This document shows positions 19,264 to 29,504 of a stretch of DNA of 64,000 nt, in pieces. Below the pieces are notes generated by a model. That model had not been told where the DNA came from, did no database searches, and worked only from the letters and a program-made list of their open reading frames with translations. The DNA is from Candidatus Zixiibacteriota bacterium. GTDB lineage: Bacteria; Zixibacteria; MSB-5A5; GN15; JACZUZ01. Positions within the stretch are counted from its first letter, which is position 1. Each line of letters begins with the position of its first letter. Location: positions 308,404 through 372,403 of the forward strand of contig JAJRPJ010000011.1 of the NCBI GenBank assembly GCA_024280835.1, in the 5' to 3' direction. The position numbers and the translations under genes were made by a program.

Positions 19264-20538
19264 TTAGAGAGCGTCTTGCTGACGTAGGAATTCACCGACG
19301 AGATAGTGCGAACCGACGACTATTATCAAGTCTTTTGGTTGGGCTTGACGGAAGCACCAACGGAACGCCGCTTGAGAGGATTTGTAGGTTGTAACCATGG
19401 GAGAGTTGTTTTTATTATTGAAACTCTCTGTTATTTTTTGAAGTTCCAAAGGGTCAGACGTTCGGCGAGTTTTGACTGATGTCAGAGCCATTGACGCTGT
19501 GATAGATAGTAGTTTTTTCAAGGCGTGACTGTGATCTTTCTTCTTCACGAAGCCTGCGACAACATAGGCCTTTCGCTCTGGAAACTTTTGTTTGAAGGTT
19601 TTGACGAAAGCGTCAATGCCTGTTTCATTGTGAGCCACATCTAGAATTACTGTCGCGCCGTTGAGGTTTCTGATGATTTGAAAGCGTCCAGGCCAACGAG
19701 TTTTTTGCAGGGCGCATTTTATGTTTGTCTCGCTTAATTTATAGCCGCGCGTTCTTAGAGACGAAACAACTGTCAGCGCTAAGCGAAGATTATCTCTCTG
19801 GTGCTCACCAACTAAAGCCAGTGAGGGTTGATAACGCTTTAGTATTCGCTCAGACACTAAGGGGACTACTTTTGAGGAACGTTTCAGAGCTATTCTGCGA
19901 AGTGTTCTCTCGGCAGAAGGCTGCATGACACCCAGCGCTAGCGGCACGTTGGGCTTGATTATACCGCCTTTTTCTTTGGCGATTGCAGGCAATGTGTCAC
20001 CGAGGATTGTCGTGTGGTCTAAGCTGATTTCGCTAATCGCACAGGTGATTGGTAGCAATATGTTTGTGGCGTCTAGTCTTCCGCCGAGGCCAGTTTCAAT
20101 TATGGCGATGTCGACATTTCTGCTAGCGAAGTAACTCAGCGCTAGGGAGACCATGACTTCGAAGTAAGTGATTTGTCGAGTTTTGATCTCAGGTTTGTGG
20201 CGCTCGATAAAATTCGTGATGTATGTCTTACTAATCTTTTGACCATTGATGGTGATGCGTTCGCGAAAGTCCACCAAATGGGGTGAAGTAAATACGCCAG
20301 TTTTGTAGCCCGACTCCTTGAGAATTGAGCCGAGCATTTTGACAGTTGAACCTTTGCCGTTTGTACCCGCAACATGAACTGTGGGGAAATTATCCTGCGG
20401 TTGGCCAAGGTGTTCTACGAAATCGCGGACGTTGTCCAGTCCGAGTTTCATGCCGAAGAATTCACGTGATTCGATAAAGCGTAGCGCCGAATTATAGCGC
20501 GCTGATGTTGCAGGTACTTTCACGGACGCTTTCACCAA
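19264..20538 (-). CDS. folC: Folylpolyglutamate synthase/dihydrofolate synthase
   Basis: HVAGTNGKGS, FTSPHL, ETGLGGRLDATN, WPGR, LDVAHN. Confidence 0.95.
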   Translation of the reverse strand: MVKASVKVPATSARYNSALRFIESREFFGMKLGLDNVRDFVEHLGQPQDNFPTVHVAGTNGKGSTVKMLGSILKESGYKTGVFTSPHLVDFRERITINGQKISKTYITNFIERHKPEIKTRQITYFEVMVSLALSYFASRNVDIAIIETGLGGRLDATNILLPITCAISEISLDHTTILGDTLPAIAKEKGGIIKPNVPLALGVMQPSAERTLRRIALKRSSKVVPLVSERILKRYQPSLALVGEHQRDNLRLALTVVSSLRTRGYKLSETNIKCALQKTRWPGRFQIIRNLNGATVILDVAHNETGIDAFVKTFKQKFPERKAYVVAGFVKKKDHSHALKKLLSITASMALTSVKTRRTSDPLELQKITESFNNKNNSPMVTTYKSSQAAFRWCFRQAQPKDLIIVVGSHYLVGEFLRQQDAL

Positions 20539-20580
20539 GTGGGTTGTTGTGATAGAAATTTAGGCGCGGTTATTGACAGA

Positions 20581-21453
20581 TTACATTGCTGAAGAATTGC
20601 GATTAGCTTTGCAATTATCGGTGAAATAATGCAGGAACAGACTGAGTGTGTGTTGGAGGACATTGCGCGGAACGACTTTGTCGAGGAAACCTCTTTCACG
20701 GAAGAACTCTGAAGACTGGAAGCCTTCTGGAAGCTCTTGTCCGATTGTTTGCTGAATGACACGCGGTCCTGCAAATCCTAGTAACGCTCCTGGTTCGGCA
20801 ATAATCACATCACCAAGTGAGGCATAGGAGGCCATCACTCCTGCTGTGGTTGGATTAGTCAGGATTGAGACATATGGTAGACCGCGTTCAGCGAGTTTGG
20901 CTAGAAGGGCTGAAGTTTTGGCCATTTGCATTAGTGACAAAATACCTTCCTGCATTCTGGCGCCACCCGAGCAGGAGACAATCACAAGTGGGATTTCTCT
21001 CTCGATGGAGCGTTCAATGCCGCGAGCTATTTTTTCACCAACTACAGAGCCCATCGAGCCGCCGATAAACGAAAAGTCCATGATGACAAACGAGACAGGC
21101 AAATTGTCTATCGTCCCAAGTCCCGCCATGATTGCATCGTTGCGACCTGTTTTCAGTTGTGCGGCTTTGACTCGGTCCGGGTAGCGTTTGGAATCTTTGA
21201 ACTCCAGTGGGTCACAGCTAGTGAGGTTTTGGTCGAATTCTTCTAATTTGCCATCATCGAGCAATAGCTGGATGTATTTTTTGCTGGAGATGCGGAAATG
21301 GAAATCGCAATTTGGACAAACCCATTGTGATTCCTCGAGAGTTTTTGTATAAATGATTTCCGAGCAGGATGAACACTTCGTCCACAAGCCATCGGGGATG
21401 TCTTTTTTGGGTTGGCTAACCAGAGCGGGTTTTGTTTTCTTAAACCATTCCAT
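20581..21453 (-). CDS. accD: Acetyl-CoA carboxylase carboxyltransferase beta
   Basis: LWTKC..C Zn finger, GGSMGSVVGEK, SGGARMQEG, GFAGPRVI. Confidence 0.96.
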   Translation of the reverse strand: MEWFKKTKPALVSQPKKDIPDGLWTKCSSCSEIIYTKTLEESQWVCPNCDFHFRISSKKYIQLLLDDGKLEEFDQNLTSCDPLEFKDSKRYPDRVKAAQLKTGRNDAIMAGLGTIDNLPVSFVIMDFSFIGGSMGSVVGEKIARGIERSIEREIPLVIVSCSGGARMQEGILSLMQMAKTSALLAKLAERGLPYVSILTNPTTAGVMASYASLGDVIIAEPGALLGFAGPRVIQQTIGQELPEGFQSSEFFRERGFLDKVVPRNVLQHTLSLFLHYFTDNCKANRNSSAM

Positions 21454-21467
21454 TTGTCTTAACTCGC

Positions 21468-21956
21468 TTAATTCTTACTCGCGTCTTGAACGTTTTCAGG
21501 CAACTCTTTTATGAGTACGATGGCATCTTCAGTGGGTTTCGAGTAATAGCGCCTGCGTCGGTACAATTCAGTAAATCCGTGATTTGCATACAATTTTTGT
21601 GCGCCAACGCTTGATTCGCGGACCTCTAGAAACACCGCCTCACTACTGGCGGCCTTGGCTTCAGCAAAGATAGCTTCAAGAAGCCGATTGGCAACCTTTT
21701 TTCGGCGATAACTTTCGGCAACAGCTATATTAGTCAAATGCGTTTCGCCAGCGACGCTATAATAACAGGCATAGCCAACAATTTCAGACCCATCCTTGGG
21801 TTTCTCGCCGTTTTCATGTGCGACAACGAAACCGCCGCCACCCGAAAAATCGAGGGAATCGAGAAAAGCCACTTTTGACCAAGGTTCTGGAAAGATTTCC
21901 AATTCATGGACAAGAATCGCTGGGATATCCGTCTCATACATTTTTCTAATTTGCAT
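21468..21956 (-). CDS. rimI: Ribosomal-protein alanine N-acetyltransferase
   Basis: PWS, NIAV, LEVRES, RRRYY..P.EDA. Confidence 0.9.
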   Translation of the reverse strand: MQIRKMYETDIPAILVHELEIFPEPWSKVAFLDSLDFSGGGGFVVAHENGEKPKDGSEIVGYACYYSVAGETHLTNIAVAESYRRKKVANRLLEAIFAEAKAASSEAVFLEVRESSVGAQKLYANHGFTELYRRRRYYSKPTEDAIVLIKELPENVQDASKN

Positions 21957-22653
21957 TCTGGCTCTTTTCTGCGCGTAGCTCTGCGGCTGAGCGTTGAATG
22001 TAGAGCGGCTCTAAATCGGTCCAAGAAGTGGCTATTCCGTTTTTTGAGATTTCTAATCCTGAATTGAAGAGAGATTCTAAGCTTGAGGAAACAGTAAACA
22101 CCTTAAGGAATGTTTTGGAATCTGGTTGCTGGTCATCAATAGTCGGGATTTGGCAATCAATGAAACAGAGAGAGCCCCCACTGTTTACGATTTCTTCAAT
22201 CGTCACTACGTCAACCGCGCCCTCTTCCTTCTTGGCTGAATTGCAGCGATAATAGCTATCAGCTTTGAGATGGATGAACATTGAATCTGGAACGGCTTGA
22301 CCTTCGGTGTTCAATTGCCAGAGAACTTGTTGAAAACGTGTCACTCCAATCAAATCAATCTCGCTGGCGGCAACTAGACCTTTGGCAAATGAGAGGCCAA
22401 CCCTTAGGCCAGTGAATGAACCAGGCCCAAGAGCAACAATCACAGCGCTGACATCTGCAAATGTTAGAGACAAGGACTCTAGTAGCTCATTGGTGAGCAC
22501 TGCTATGTTCCTTTGGCGTGATTCTGCGCGGCCGGCACTTAGCGAATGTATTTTGCCTGCCAGATTTATGGCGCTGATTATTGTCTCGCCCGATGTATCG
22601 AGAGCCAAGAGAATTGGCGACTCCTGATTGTTACTATCGCTGTCTTTACGCAC
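21946..22653 (-). CDS. tsaB: t6A biosynthesis protein TsaB
   Basis: LLALDTS, GPGSFTGLRVG, LEPLY. Probable GTG start overlapping the tsaE stop. Confidence 0.88.
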   Translation of the reverse strand: MRKDSDSNNQESPILLALDTSGETIISAINLAGKIHSLSAGRAESRQRNIAVLTNELLESLSLTFADVSAVIVALGPGSFTGLRVGLSFAKGLVAASEIDLIGVTRFQQVLWQLNTEGQAVPDSMFIHLKADSYYRCNSAKKEEGAVDVVTIEEIVNSGGSLCFIDCQIPTIDDQQPDSKTFLKVFTVSSSLESLFNSGLEISKNGIATSWTDLEPLYIQRSAAELRAEKSQNAN

Positions 22654-23143
22654 AAGAATCTTTTCCATCGATAGTGATTGCACGCACGGCATCAGCGGAG
22701 TTGATTTTGACACCCAGACAATTGGCTGGTAGAAGTGATTCTATTATTTCGGGCCACTCAATGAGGATAACTGCTTCTCTTTGGAGATAGTCTTCCCAAC
22801 CGATTTGTAGCGCCTCTTCGGCCTTGTTCATGCGGTAGCAATCGAAGTGTAGGACATCTATTGTTCCATTGTACTCATGGACAATTGAAAATGTGGGTGA
22901 GCGCACATCACTGGGATTGACACCGAGTCCATCGGCGATTCCACGGCAGAGAACTGTTTTGCCAGCTCCAAGATCACCTGTGATACAAACAATATCACCA
23001 GCGCTAAGGTCCAGCGCTATGCGCCGTCCGAGCACAAGTGTCTCTTCTTCAGTCACACAGATATGTGTTCCCGCCTGAACCCTCTCTAGAGGAGTGTCAT
23101 CTGCTTGTGCGTTATCGCCTTGTTTGTTGTAGTTGTCTGACAT
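22646..23143 (-). CDS. tsaE: t6A biosynthesis ATPase TsaE
   Basis: GDLGAGKT, SPTF, HFDCYR, IEW. Confidence 0.95.
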   Translation of the reverse strand: MSDNYNKQGDNAQADDTPLERVQAGTHICVTEEETLVLGRRIALDLSAGDIVCITGDLGAGKTVLCRGIADGLGVNPSDVRSPTFSIVHEYNGTIDVLHFDCYRMNKAEEALQIGWEDYLQREAVILIEWPEIIESLLPANCLGVKINSADAVRAITIDGKDSCA

Positions 23144-23145
23144 TA

Positions 23146-24717
23146 TCAGCGAGGTCTCAGAATTGAAAGCGGAATTATCATCTCTTCGAGAGAAACGCCG
23201 CCATGTTGAAATGAGTTTTGGAATTGACGGACATGCTCGTTGTAGCGATTTGGATAGACAAAGTAATAGTCTTCCTTGGCGATCAAATAGGTTGTGGCCA
23301 AACGAGGTTTCGGGAGGCGGTAGTCACTGGGGTTGCGAACAATGATTCCTTGTTTAGGATCGCAATTAAGATTGTCACCGTATTTGTAGCGCAATGTTGT
23401 TGAGGTGTCTTTCTTGCCATGCGCTAAAGCGCCACGATGACAGAGCTTCGAGCCGTGGTCGGTGGTGATGATGACTGTATGTCCATGCGCGGCGAAATCT
23501 CTGAGGGCTTTGAACAATGAACTATGGGCAAACCAACTCAAAGTTATTGAACGAAAAGCGCTTTCATCACTGGCGATTTCTTTGAGAATCATATTGTTTG
23601 AACGCCCATGTGACATGATGTCCAAGAAATTCACAACAATTGTTGAAAACTCGCGTGTGTAAAAATCAGAAATCCTCTTGTAGACCGTATCCATTTCTTT
23701 GTTATTGAAGACCTTGGCATATTTGACACCGGACTTCGGACTGACATTACGTTTATTAAGCGCCTCGTTAATCATCTTCTCCTCAAAACGATTTAACGAA
23801 CCTGCATCGTCGGCGCTCCAAATATCAGGATAGCGCTCGTTGATCTCATCAGGGAACATGCCTGAGAAAAGCGCATTGCGCGCGTAGGGTGTCGCAGTTG
23901 GCAATAGTTAATAGAACTCACGGCTCTCAATATTGAAATATTCCGCTAGCAACGGTTCGATCGCTGTCCATTGATCTAGGCGCATGCAATCGATAACAAC
24001 TAGAACCACACGATCAGATTTTTTCATCTCGGGGATAACTGTTTCGTCAATGATATCTGGCGGTAGTAGTGGGCGGACACCCGCTTCGTATGGTTTCTTG
24101 AGCCACGAGACATAGTTCTTCTCTATGTACTTAGTGAACTCATTGTTCCATTCTGTGTGTGAGCCTGCATGTGTATGTGACAAACCAGTATCGGGAAACT
24201 CTGCAAATTCGATATCCCATTCGGCCAAAATCGAGGCGGCTTCGTACCAATCCTCTGGCGCCATGGGGCCATAGAGCTTTTGATTGAAGCGGTTTATATC
24301 GGAGATATAGCGTTGGCCAAGTGCATCAGAGCGAATTTTTCGTGAGTCAAGAATGCGTTTGATGGCCATTAGCGCTTGTGACGGGTTCAGCGGTTTGGTT
24401 AAGTAGTCGGCAATGTTTTGACCGGTGGCCTGTTCCATCAGTGACTCTTCTTCGGATTTTGTTACCATCACTACTGGTAAATGGGGGCTGATTTCCTTGA
24501 GCTGTTCAAGAGTCGCCAAACCATCCATACCTGGCATCATTTCATCGAGTAAGACTAAGTCGAAATGTTCACCACGAACAAGTTCGAGGCCTTCCTCGCC
24601 AGATGAACAGCCGACTACGGAATAGCCTTTGCTTTCGAGAAAGAGAATATGCGGCTTGAGTGTTGCTATTTCATCGTCTATCCAGATGAGTTTCTTGTAG
24701 GTTGCTGTTTTTGGCAT
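23146..24717 (-). pseudogene. porX: PorX-like REC-PglZ response regulator interrupted by one in-frame TAA (23908-23910)
   Basis: WIDDEI..LKPHILFL, TKSEEE, IDCMRLDQW, then FY*LLPTATPYARNALFSG, TTDHG and FQHGG.SLEE in the same frame. Lies upstream of tsaE, as in Bacteroidota. Confidence 0.8.
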
Positions 24718-24777
24718 AGAATGTTTCGGGCGTTATTTTCTAAACGCTGTTTCCGCTTGTGTAATGATTCTTGGACG

Positions 24778-26082
24778 TTATGATTGTTCCGCTGATCTGT
24801 CTACTGTCGAGATACTGATGAGGAACACTGTTTCTCCTGGAGAACTGCGAACTAGCGACAGTTTTCCGCCATGATATTCATCGATGATTCGTTTCGCTAG
24901 TGTTAATCCTAGCCCCCAGCCACGTTTTTTGGAACTGAATCCAGGTCTGAAGATTCGGCGTTGCACCCCCAATGGAATACCACGACCATTGTCTGTAATT
25001 TCCAAATGCGCTCGGCGCTTGTCATCCGACAAATAGGACCGCAAAGTTATCACGCCAGTACGTGAATCAACTGCATCAAGCGAGTTTCGAATCAAGTTCT
25101 CTACTGTCCAGCCGAAAAGCTCAGGATTTAGTAGCGCCGCTGAAACTCCGCCTTGATTGAATTCTAGTGTGGCGCCTTCACTGCCAAACGGTAAGCGCCG
25201 CTGAAAGTATTCTACAATCTCATTGATACATTTGTCGAAATCGCAGGTTCCTAATTCTGGTGTGCTGCCGATTTTTCCGAATCGATTGGCGACTTTCTTG
25301 AGGCGTTCGACATCTTCGCTCATGGAATCTAGCGCTGAAAGTAGGGTTACTGTTTCCAGAGACTCACGTCCATCGGTCACTGTATCATCCTTTGGGTTGG
25401 CGTATTTTTCTTTGAGTAACTCTAGCCAGCCCATGAGGGCTGAAATTGGTGTGCCTAATTGATGGGCGGTTTCTTTGGCCATACCGACCCAAATGTGACG
25501 TTCGTCAGACTTTTTGATATTGGCAAAACCGACTATGCCGATAAAGAGGACCGAGATGACCATCGCAATTTGGATATAGGGTACAATTTTCAAATTTTCT
25601 ACGAGGTGTGAGTCACCGTAGTAGAAATAATTGACACCAATGGTACTAGTTGAAGAATCGGCGCTTACTCCAAAGATGATTTCTATCTCGCCATGCTCGC
25701 GCTTCATCTTGTCCATTATGCGCTTTATGTCGCGAATGTTTTCTTCACTACGTTCGGTATCAGTTATCTCTGGAATATTGCGCCAAAAATTTGGCTCGCG
25801 CTCGGCTGAGGCGACGATGATTGGGAAATTTGCGCGAGAGATAATCTCATCGAATATCAATTGTGTTTCGGCGCTAGGAGTAGCAGGATCGACCGCCTTC
25901 ACCCAAAGGCGCACAAAGGATTCGACCTTCCCTTGCGCTTCTTTTTGCAATTGACTGATGACATCATAGGTGTACCACATAAAGACAAAGGACACCACAA
26001 CCACCGCCGAGAGCAAGAAGAGTTTGAAGATGGTTGAACCAGCTATATGAATTTTAACTCGTGAGTCTTCCACGAAACACAC
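24778..26082 (-). CDS. porY: PorY-like sensor histidine kinase
   Basis: Two TM helices, WVGMAKETAHQLGTPIS, KKRGWGLGL; adjacent to porX. Confidence 0.82.
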   Translation of the reverse strand: MCFVEDSRVKIHIAGSTIFKLFLLSAVVVVSFVFMWYTYDVISQLQKEAQGKVESFVRLWVKAVDPATPSAETQLIFDEIISRANFPIIVASAEREPNFWRNIPEITDTERSEENIRDIKRIMDKMKREHGEIEIIFGVSADSSTSTIGVNYFYYGDSHLVENLKIVPYIQIAMVISVLFIGIVGFANIKKSDERHIWVGMAKETAHQLGTPISALMGWLELLKEKYANPKDDTVTDGRESLETVTLLSALDSMSEDVERLKKVANRFGKIGSTPELGTCDFDKCINEIVEYFQRRLPFGSEGATLEFNQGGVSAALLNPELFGWTVENLIRNSLDAVDSRTGVITLRSYLSDDKRRAHLEITDNGRGIPLGVQRRIFRPGFSSKKRGWGLGLTLAKRIIDEYHGGKLSLVRSSPGETVFLISISTVDRSAEQS

Positions 26083-26106
26083 TCCCTGAGGAATACAGAA
26101 AATACC

Positions 26107-27369
26107 TTAGCCGATTTTTGTTAGACCGCCCATATAGGACTGGAGAACTTTGGGAACAGTGATTGTTCCGTCAGCGTTTTGATAGTTCTCCATGATTGCT
26201 GGAATCAAACGCGCCAAAGCTAAACCACTGCCATTAAGTGTATGCACAAATTTTGGTTTGCCTTTGTCATCACGGTACCGAGTGTTCATGCGCCGCGCCT
26301 GAAAATCTCCAAAGACGGAGATCGATGAAATCTCAAGCCAACTGGCGACGCCCGCTGACCAAAGTTCTATGTCATATGTCTTGCTGTAGGCAAAGGACAA
26401 ATCGCCAGTGGCCAGCAGGAGAACTCGATATGGTATCTCTAGTCCTTGCAGAATCTTTTCGGCCTGAGCGACTAGGGTTTCTAATTCAGCATAGGCAGTG
26501 TCGGGGTGGACAATTTTGACCATTTCGACTTTGTCGAATTGGTGGACACGAATCATGCCGCGTGTGTCTTTGCCGGCCGCGCCAGCCTCTCTGCGAAAGC
26601 AGGGTGTGTATGAACAATAGGAAATCGGTAATGACTCGGCTGAGAGAATCTCTTCGCGATGTAGATTTGTCACAGGGACTTCACCAGTTGGAATTAACCA
26701 GAGATCGTCCTTGGCGATATGGTACATGTCATCACGGAGTTTGGGTAATTGGCCTGTTCCTTGCATTGAAGCAGAATTGACAACAAACGGTGGAGCGATT
26801 TCAGTGAAACCATCGGCACCGTGTGTATCGAGCATATAGGAAATCAAGGCGCGTTGCAGACGAGCGCCTGCGCCTTTGAGCGCATAGAAACCAGAGCCAG
26901 AAATTTTAACGCCAGCGGCCATGTCGAGTATGTCGAGTTGTTCGCCGATTTCCCAATGTGGCTTGACTGCAAATTCTGGTTTGGCGATTTCGCCCCATTC
27001 GCGAATTTGTTGGTTGGCGCTTTCATCGCCGACGGGAACTGACTCGTGTGGGATATTTGGCGCTTTGAGCATCAAATCTGAAAGTTTCTCATCGATTTCG
27101 CGCAAAGTATCATCCAACTCCGTAATACTCTCTCCAACTTCGCGCATGCGTTTGAAAATATCTTCAACTGGTTCACCAGCTTTTTTGCGCTTGGGGATTT
27201 CAGCAGAAACTGCATTGCGCTCAGATTTTAGCTCGTCAGCTTTGGAGATTAGCTCGCGCCTTTTGGTATCCAGTTCCAAAATTGCATCTACCTCAACTGG
27301 ATCGCCTTTGTTGGCTGAGGCTTGTTTTACTAAGTCTGGATTCTCTCGTATGACTCGAATATCTAACAC
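26107..27369 (-). CDS. serS: Serine--tRNA ligase
   Basis: MLDI, GTGQLPK, PTGEVP, FRREAG, HQFDKVE, TLNGSGLA. Confidence 0.97.
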   Translation of the reverse strand: MLDIRVIRENPDLVKQASANKGDPVEVDAILELDTKRRELISKADELKSERNAVSAEIPKRKKAGEPVEDIFKRMREVGESITELDDTLREIDEKLSDLMLKAPNIPHESVPVGDESANQQIREWGEIAKPEFAVKPHWEIGEQLDILDMAAGVKISGSGFYALKGAGARLQRALISYMLDTHGADGFTEIAPPFVVNSASMQGTGQLPKLRDDMYHIAKDDLWLIPTGEVPVTNLHREEILSAESLPISYCSYTPCFRREAGAAGKDTRGMIRVHQFDKVEMVKIVHPDTAYAELETLVAQAEKILQGLEIPYRVLLLATGDLSFAYSKTYDIELWSAGVASWLEISSISVFGDFQARRMNTRYRDDKGKPKFVHTLNGSGLALARLIPAIMENYQNADGTITVPKVLQSYMGGLTKIG

Positions 27370-27450
27370 GGTTGTTCTCGCTTGTTCTCGCTACTGTACT
27401 GTTTTATAGCTTATACCTGTTCTCTATCTACCATGACTATTGGGCTTTCT

Positions 27451-27492
27451 CAGACTGGCTTTTTCAAACTGGCTTCTTCAAACTACATTTTT
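27451..27492. repeat. Three degenerate 14-bp tandem repeats upstream of serS
   Basis: CAGACTGGCTTTTT CAAACTGGCTTCTT CAAACTACATTTTT. Confidence 0.5.
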
Positions 27493-27790
27493 CGAAAGAC
27501 TGTAAGAAGCCGAACGCCAGCCCTATAGTAGCATTTTCGCCTCAATCTTCCTAGCAAACACCGACCAGATTGGTAATTTGAGCCGACCAGGACGCATTAT
27601 TTTCATCTATTGATCTATATATATAGAATGATATGAGTTGATTCTGAGAGGCGCGGAGTCATAATTGGGACATTCTTCCGTATGTGCTGCGCATAAACCA
27701 ATGTGTACCATGCTCTTACCTCTCGCCCAGCTCTTATGGGACGGGTTTAGTTATTCTAACGATGGCCAGTTAGATTTGCCAAACTTAGGC

Positions 27791-27818
27791 TTGCCAGAGA
27801 GAGAAAAAGCGTTATATT
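27791..27818 (+). promoter_or_regulatory. sigma70 promoter of rpmB
   Basis: TTGCCA-N16-TATATT, identical hexamers and spacing to the rpmA promoter. Confidence 0.65.
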
Positions 27819-27963
27819 CGTTGGCTCGCATCGCATAAGAGATGTAGGTGGATGTGAGCTACAGTATTGCTTTAAAAAGTATTGATTCAGAAGAAGATTA
27901 AAAAAAGTAGCAGTTTGACAAAAGTATAGACGAGAGATTCTCGCGAAGCAGGATTATTCTATC

Positions 27964-28191
27964 ATGGCAAAGATATGCGAATTATGCGGCAAAAAGCCGA
28001 TGTTTGGTCACAATGTTTCCCACGCGCACAATATCACCAATCGCCGTTGGAATCCGAATTTACAATTAGTGCGTGCAATGGTTAACGGTCAGCCGAAACG
28101 GCTGAAAGTTTGCACGTCCTGTATTAAGGCTGGCAAAGTGCTCAAACGCGCTTCAGTCAAGAAAGCACGCCCTGCAGCTCCTGCTGCATAG
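27964..28191 (+). CDS. rpmB: 50S ribosomal protein L28 (Zn-binding type)
   Basis: CELCGK…VSHAH…RRWNPNLQ…VCTSC. Confidence 0.95.
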   Translation: MAKICELCGKKPMFGHNVSHAHNITNRRWNPNLQLVRAMVNGQPKRLKVCTSCIKAGKVLKRASVKKARPAAPAA

Positions 28192-28217
28192 GTATTGTAA
28201 GTTCCACAAGAAACGAT

Positions 28218-28252
28218 AAAGGCGCTCGTCAGAAATGGCGAGCGCCTTTTTT
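28218..28252 (+). terminator. Rho-independent terminator
   Basis: AAAGGCGCTCGTC-agaaat-GGCGAGCGCCTTTTTT. Confidence 0.85.
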
Positions 28253-28329
28253 ATGTCACTTCAACTTTCGCGGCTACACGAACTTTTTCGGCTACACTTT
28301 GTTCGCCTACATTTTTTCATTAATTGACA

Positions 28330-29100
28330 CTATGGTTTTGAACGTAGGAGCGAGAGTACATTCTCTTTGTTAAGATTTGAATGCGCTTCTAGGGCTGTAT
28401 TGATTTGTATTTGCCGGATTTCTTTCATGAACTCCATTAGAGCTGACATGAAATCAGACAGCGATGGTCCTTGTGAGGCTTGAATGTTCTGGACTGCGAC
28501 CTCCATCGAACTTCTCGACGAATTGAGATCATTCTTGATGGAAGATCCAAGACGCACTCGCACTGAGTCGACTTTTGTTGCGGCAGCATCGACCATCTCT
28601 ATTGCCGCCTGTGCGCCTTCGACTGTAGTGACATCAATCGCTCCTAATTCTGGAATATTAGTTAGCGAACCGGCGCTACCGTCGAGTAAGTTGGCTCCAT
28701 TGTATCCAGCAGTTGAGATAGTGTCATTAAAGGCCTGACGAAGTAGTTCGGCTTCAGCATTGAGAGCGGCTTGGCTGGCGCTATCTAGGGTTGCGGTATT
28801 TGAGGCGGCAATGGTATTGACACGAATGTCTGTCAGGATAGAGCGTGCACGTCCTAAATAGACATCAGCGGTTTCGTACTTGGCAATTGTTGCCGTTGTA
28901 TTTGCGATACGCTGATTCAAGGAGGCAATTTGCGATTTCATTTGCTCTGAGATCATAAGGCCCGCCGGATCATTGGATGCAAGTGGAGAATTAGTTGTAT
29001 TTGTCAATTTGTTCAACGCATTTGACAATCTGTCGTATGATGAGAGAATGCTGAGACTTGATGGACTTCCCAGTGTTCTGATAAAGAATAAGCTATTCAT
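28330..29100 (-). CDS. Orphan minimal flagellin-like protein
   Basis: AS.DPAGLMISEQM, ETAD, AASN, YNGANLLDGS, AQAAI..VDAA, RLGS, VLSLL; no D2/D3 domains. Confidence 0.85.
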   Translation of the reverse strand: MNSLFFIRTLGSPSSLSILSSYDRLSNALNKLTNTTNSPLASNDPAGLMISEQMKSQIASLNQRIANTTATIAKYETADVYLGRARSILTDIRVNTIAASNTATLDSASQAALNAEAELLRQAFNDTISTAGYNGANLLDGSAGSLTNIPELGAIDVTTVEGAQAAIEMVDAAATKVDSVRVRLGSSIKNDLNSSRSSMEVAVQNIQASQGPSLSDFMSALMEFMKEIRQIQINTALEAHSNLNKENVLSLLRSKP

Positions 29101-29234
29101 AGTCCTTACCCCATTGCACTAATTCCTTGCCGATTCTGTTCCAAGATCATCCATCAAGAGTAACCCATTATGCGTAGGAACAGTTAGGATTCGTATTTTC
29201 GCCTAGAATCGGCTCTACTAGGCATTATAGAATA

Positions 29235-29250
29235 AGCAATAATGCCGCCA
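29235..29250 (-). promoter_or_regulatory. sigma54 (-24/-12) promoter of the flagellin-like gene
   Basis: TGGC-GGCATTA-TTGCT with exact GG-N10-GC spacing. Confidence 0.65.
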
Positions 29251-29464
29251 TGAAGATTGCTGGGCATCAGATTAAGTAACTGACATAGTGACAGCGAGTT
29301 GGATTATTCGGCAATTTCAGGGAAGAAAGAAACTGTAGGGTAATGACCATACATTATGGAAATCAACCTACAACATTTGTCACAATCAATATTCGGTACA
29401 ATCATTTCTGATTCAGAAAACATCTTATTGAATAACAATATCTCAATAAATAACTACCAGATAC

Positions 29465-29500
29465 AAAAAGGCCGCCGGCAGGACAACGTTACCGGCGGCC
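29465..29500 (-). terminator. Terminator of the dcw cluster
   Basis: GGCCGCCGG…CCGGCGGCC followed by TTTTT on the minus strand. Confidence 0.8.
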
Positions 29501-29504
29501 ACTA

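Noticed and set aside
17935-23910. Genome-wide recoding of TAA
   Set aside because: TAA is the genuine stop of arcA, mazG, serS and ftsZ at their expected family C-termini.
27370-27600. T-box riboswitch before serS (and valS)
   Set aside because: No T-box antiterminator motif or leader terminator seen.
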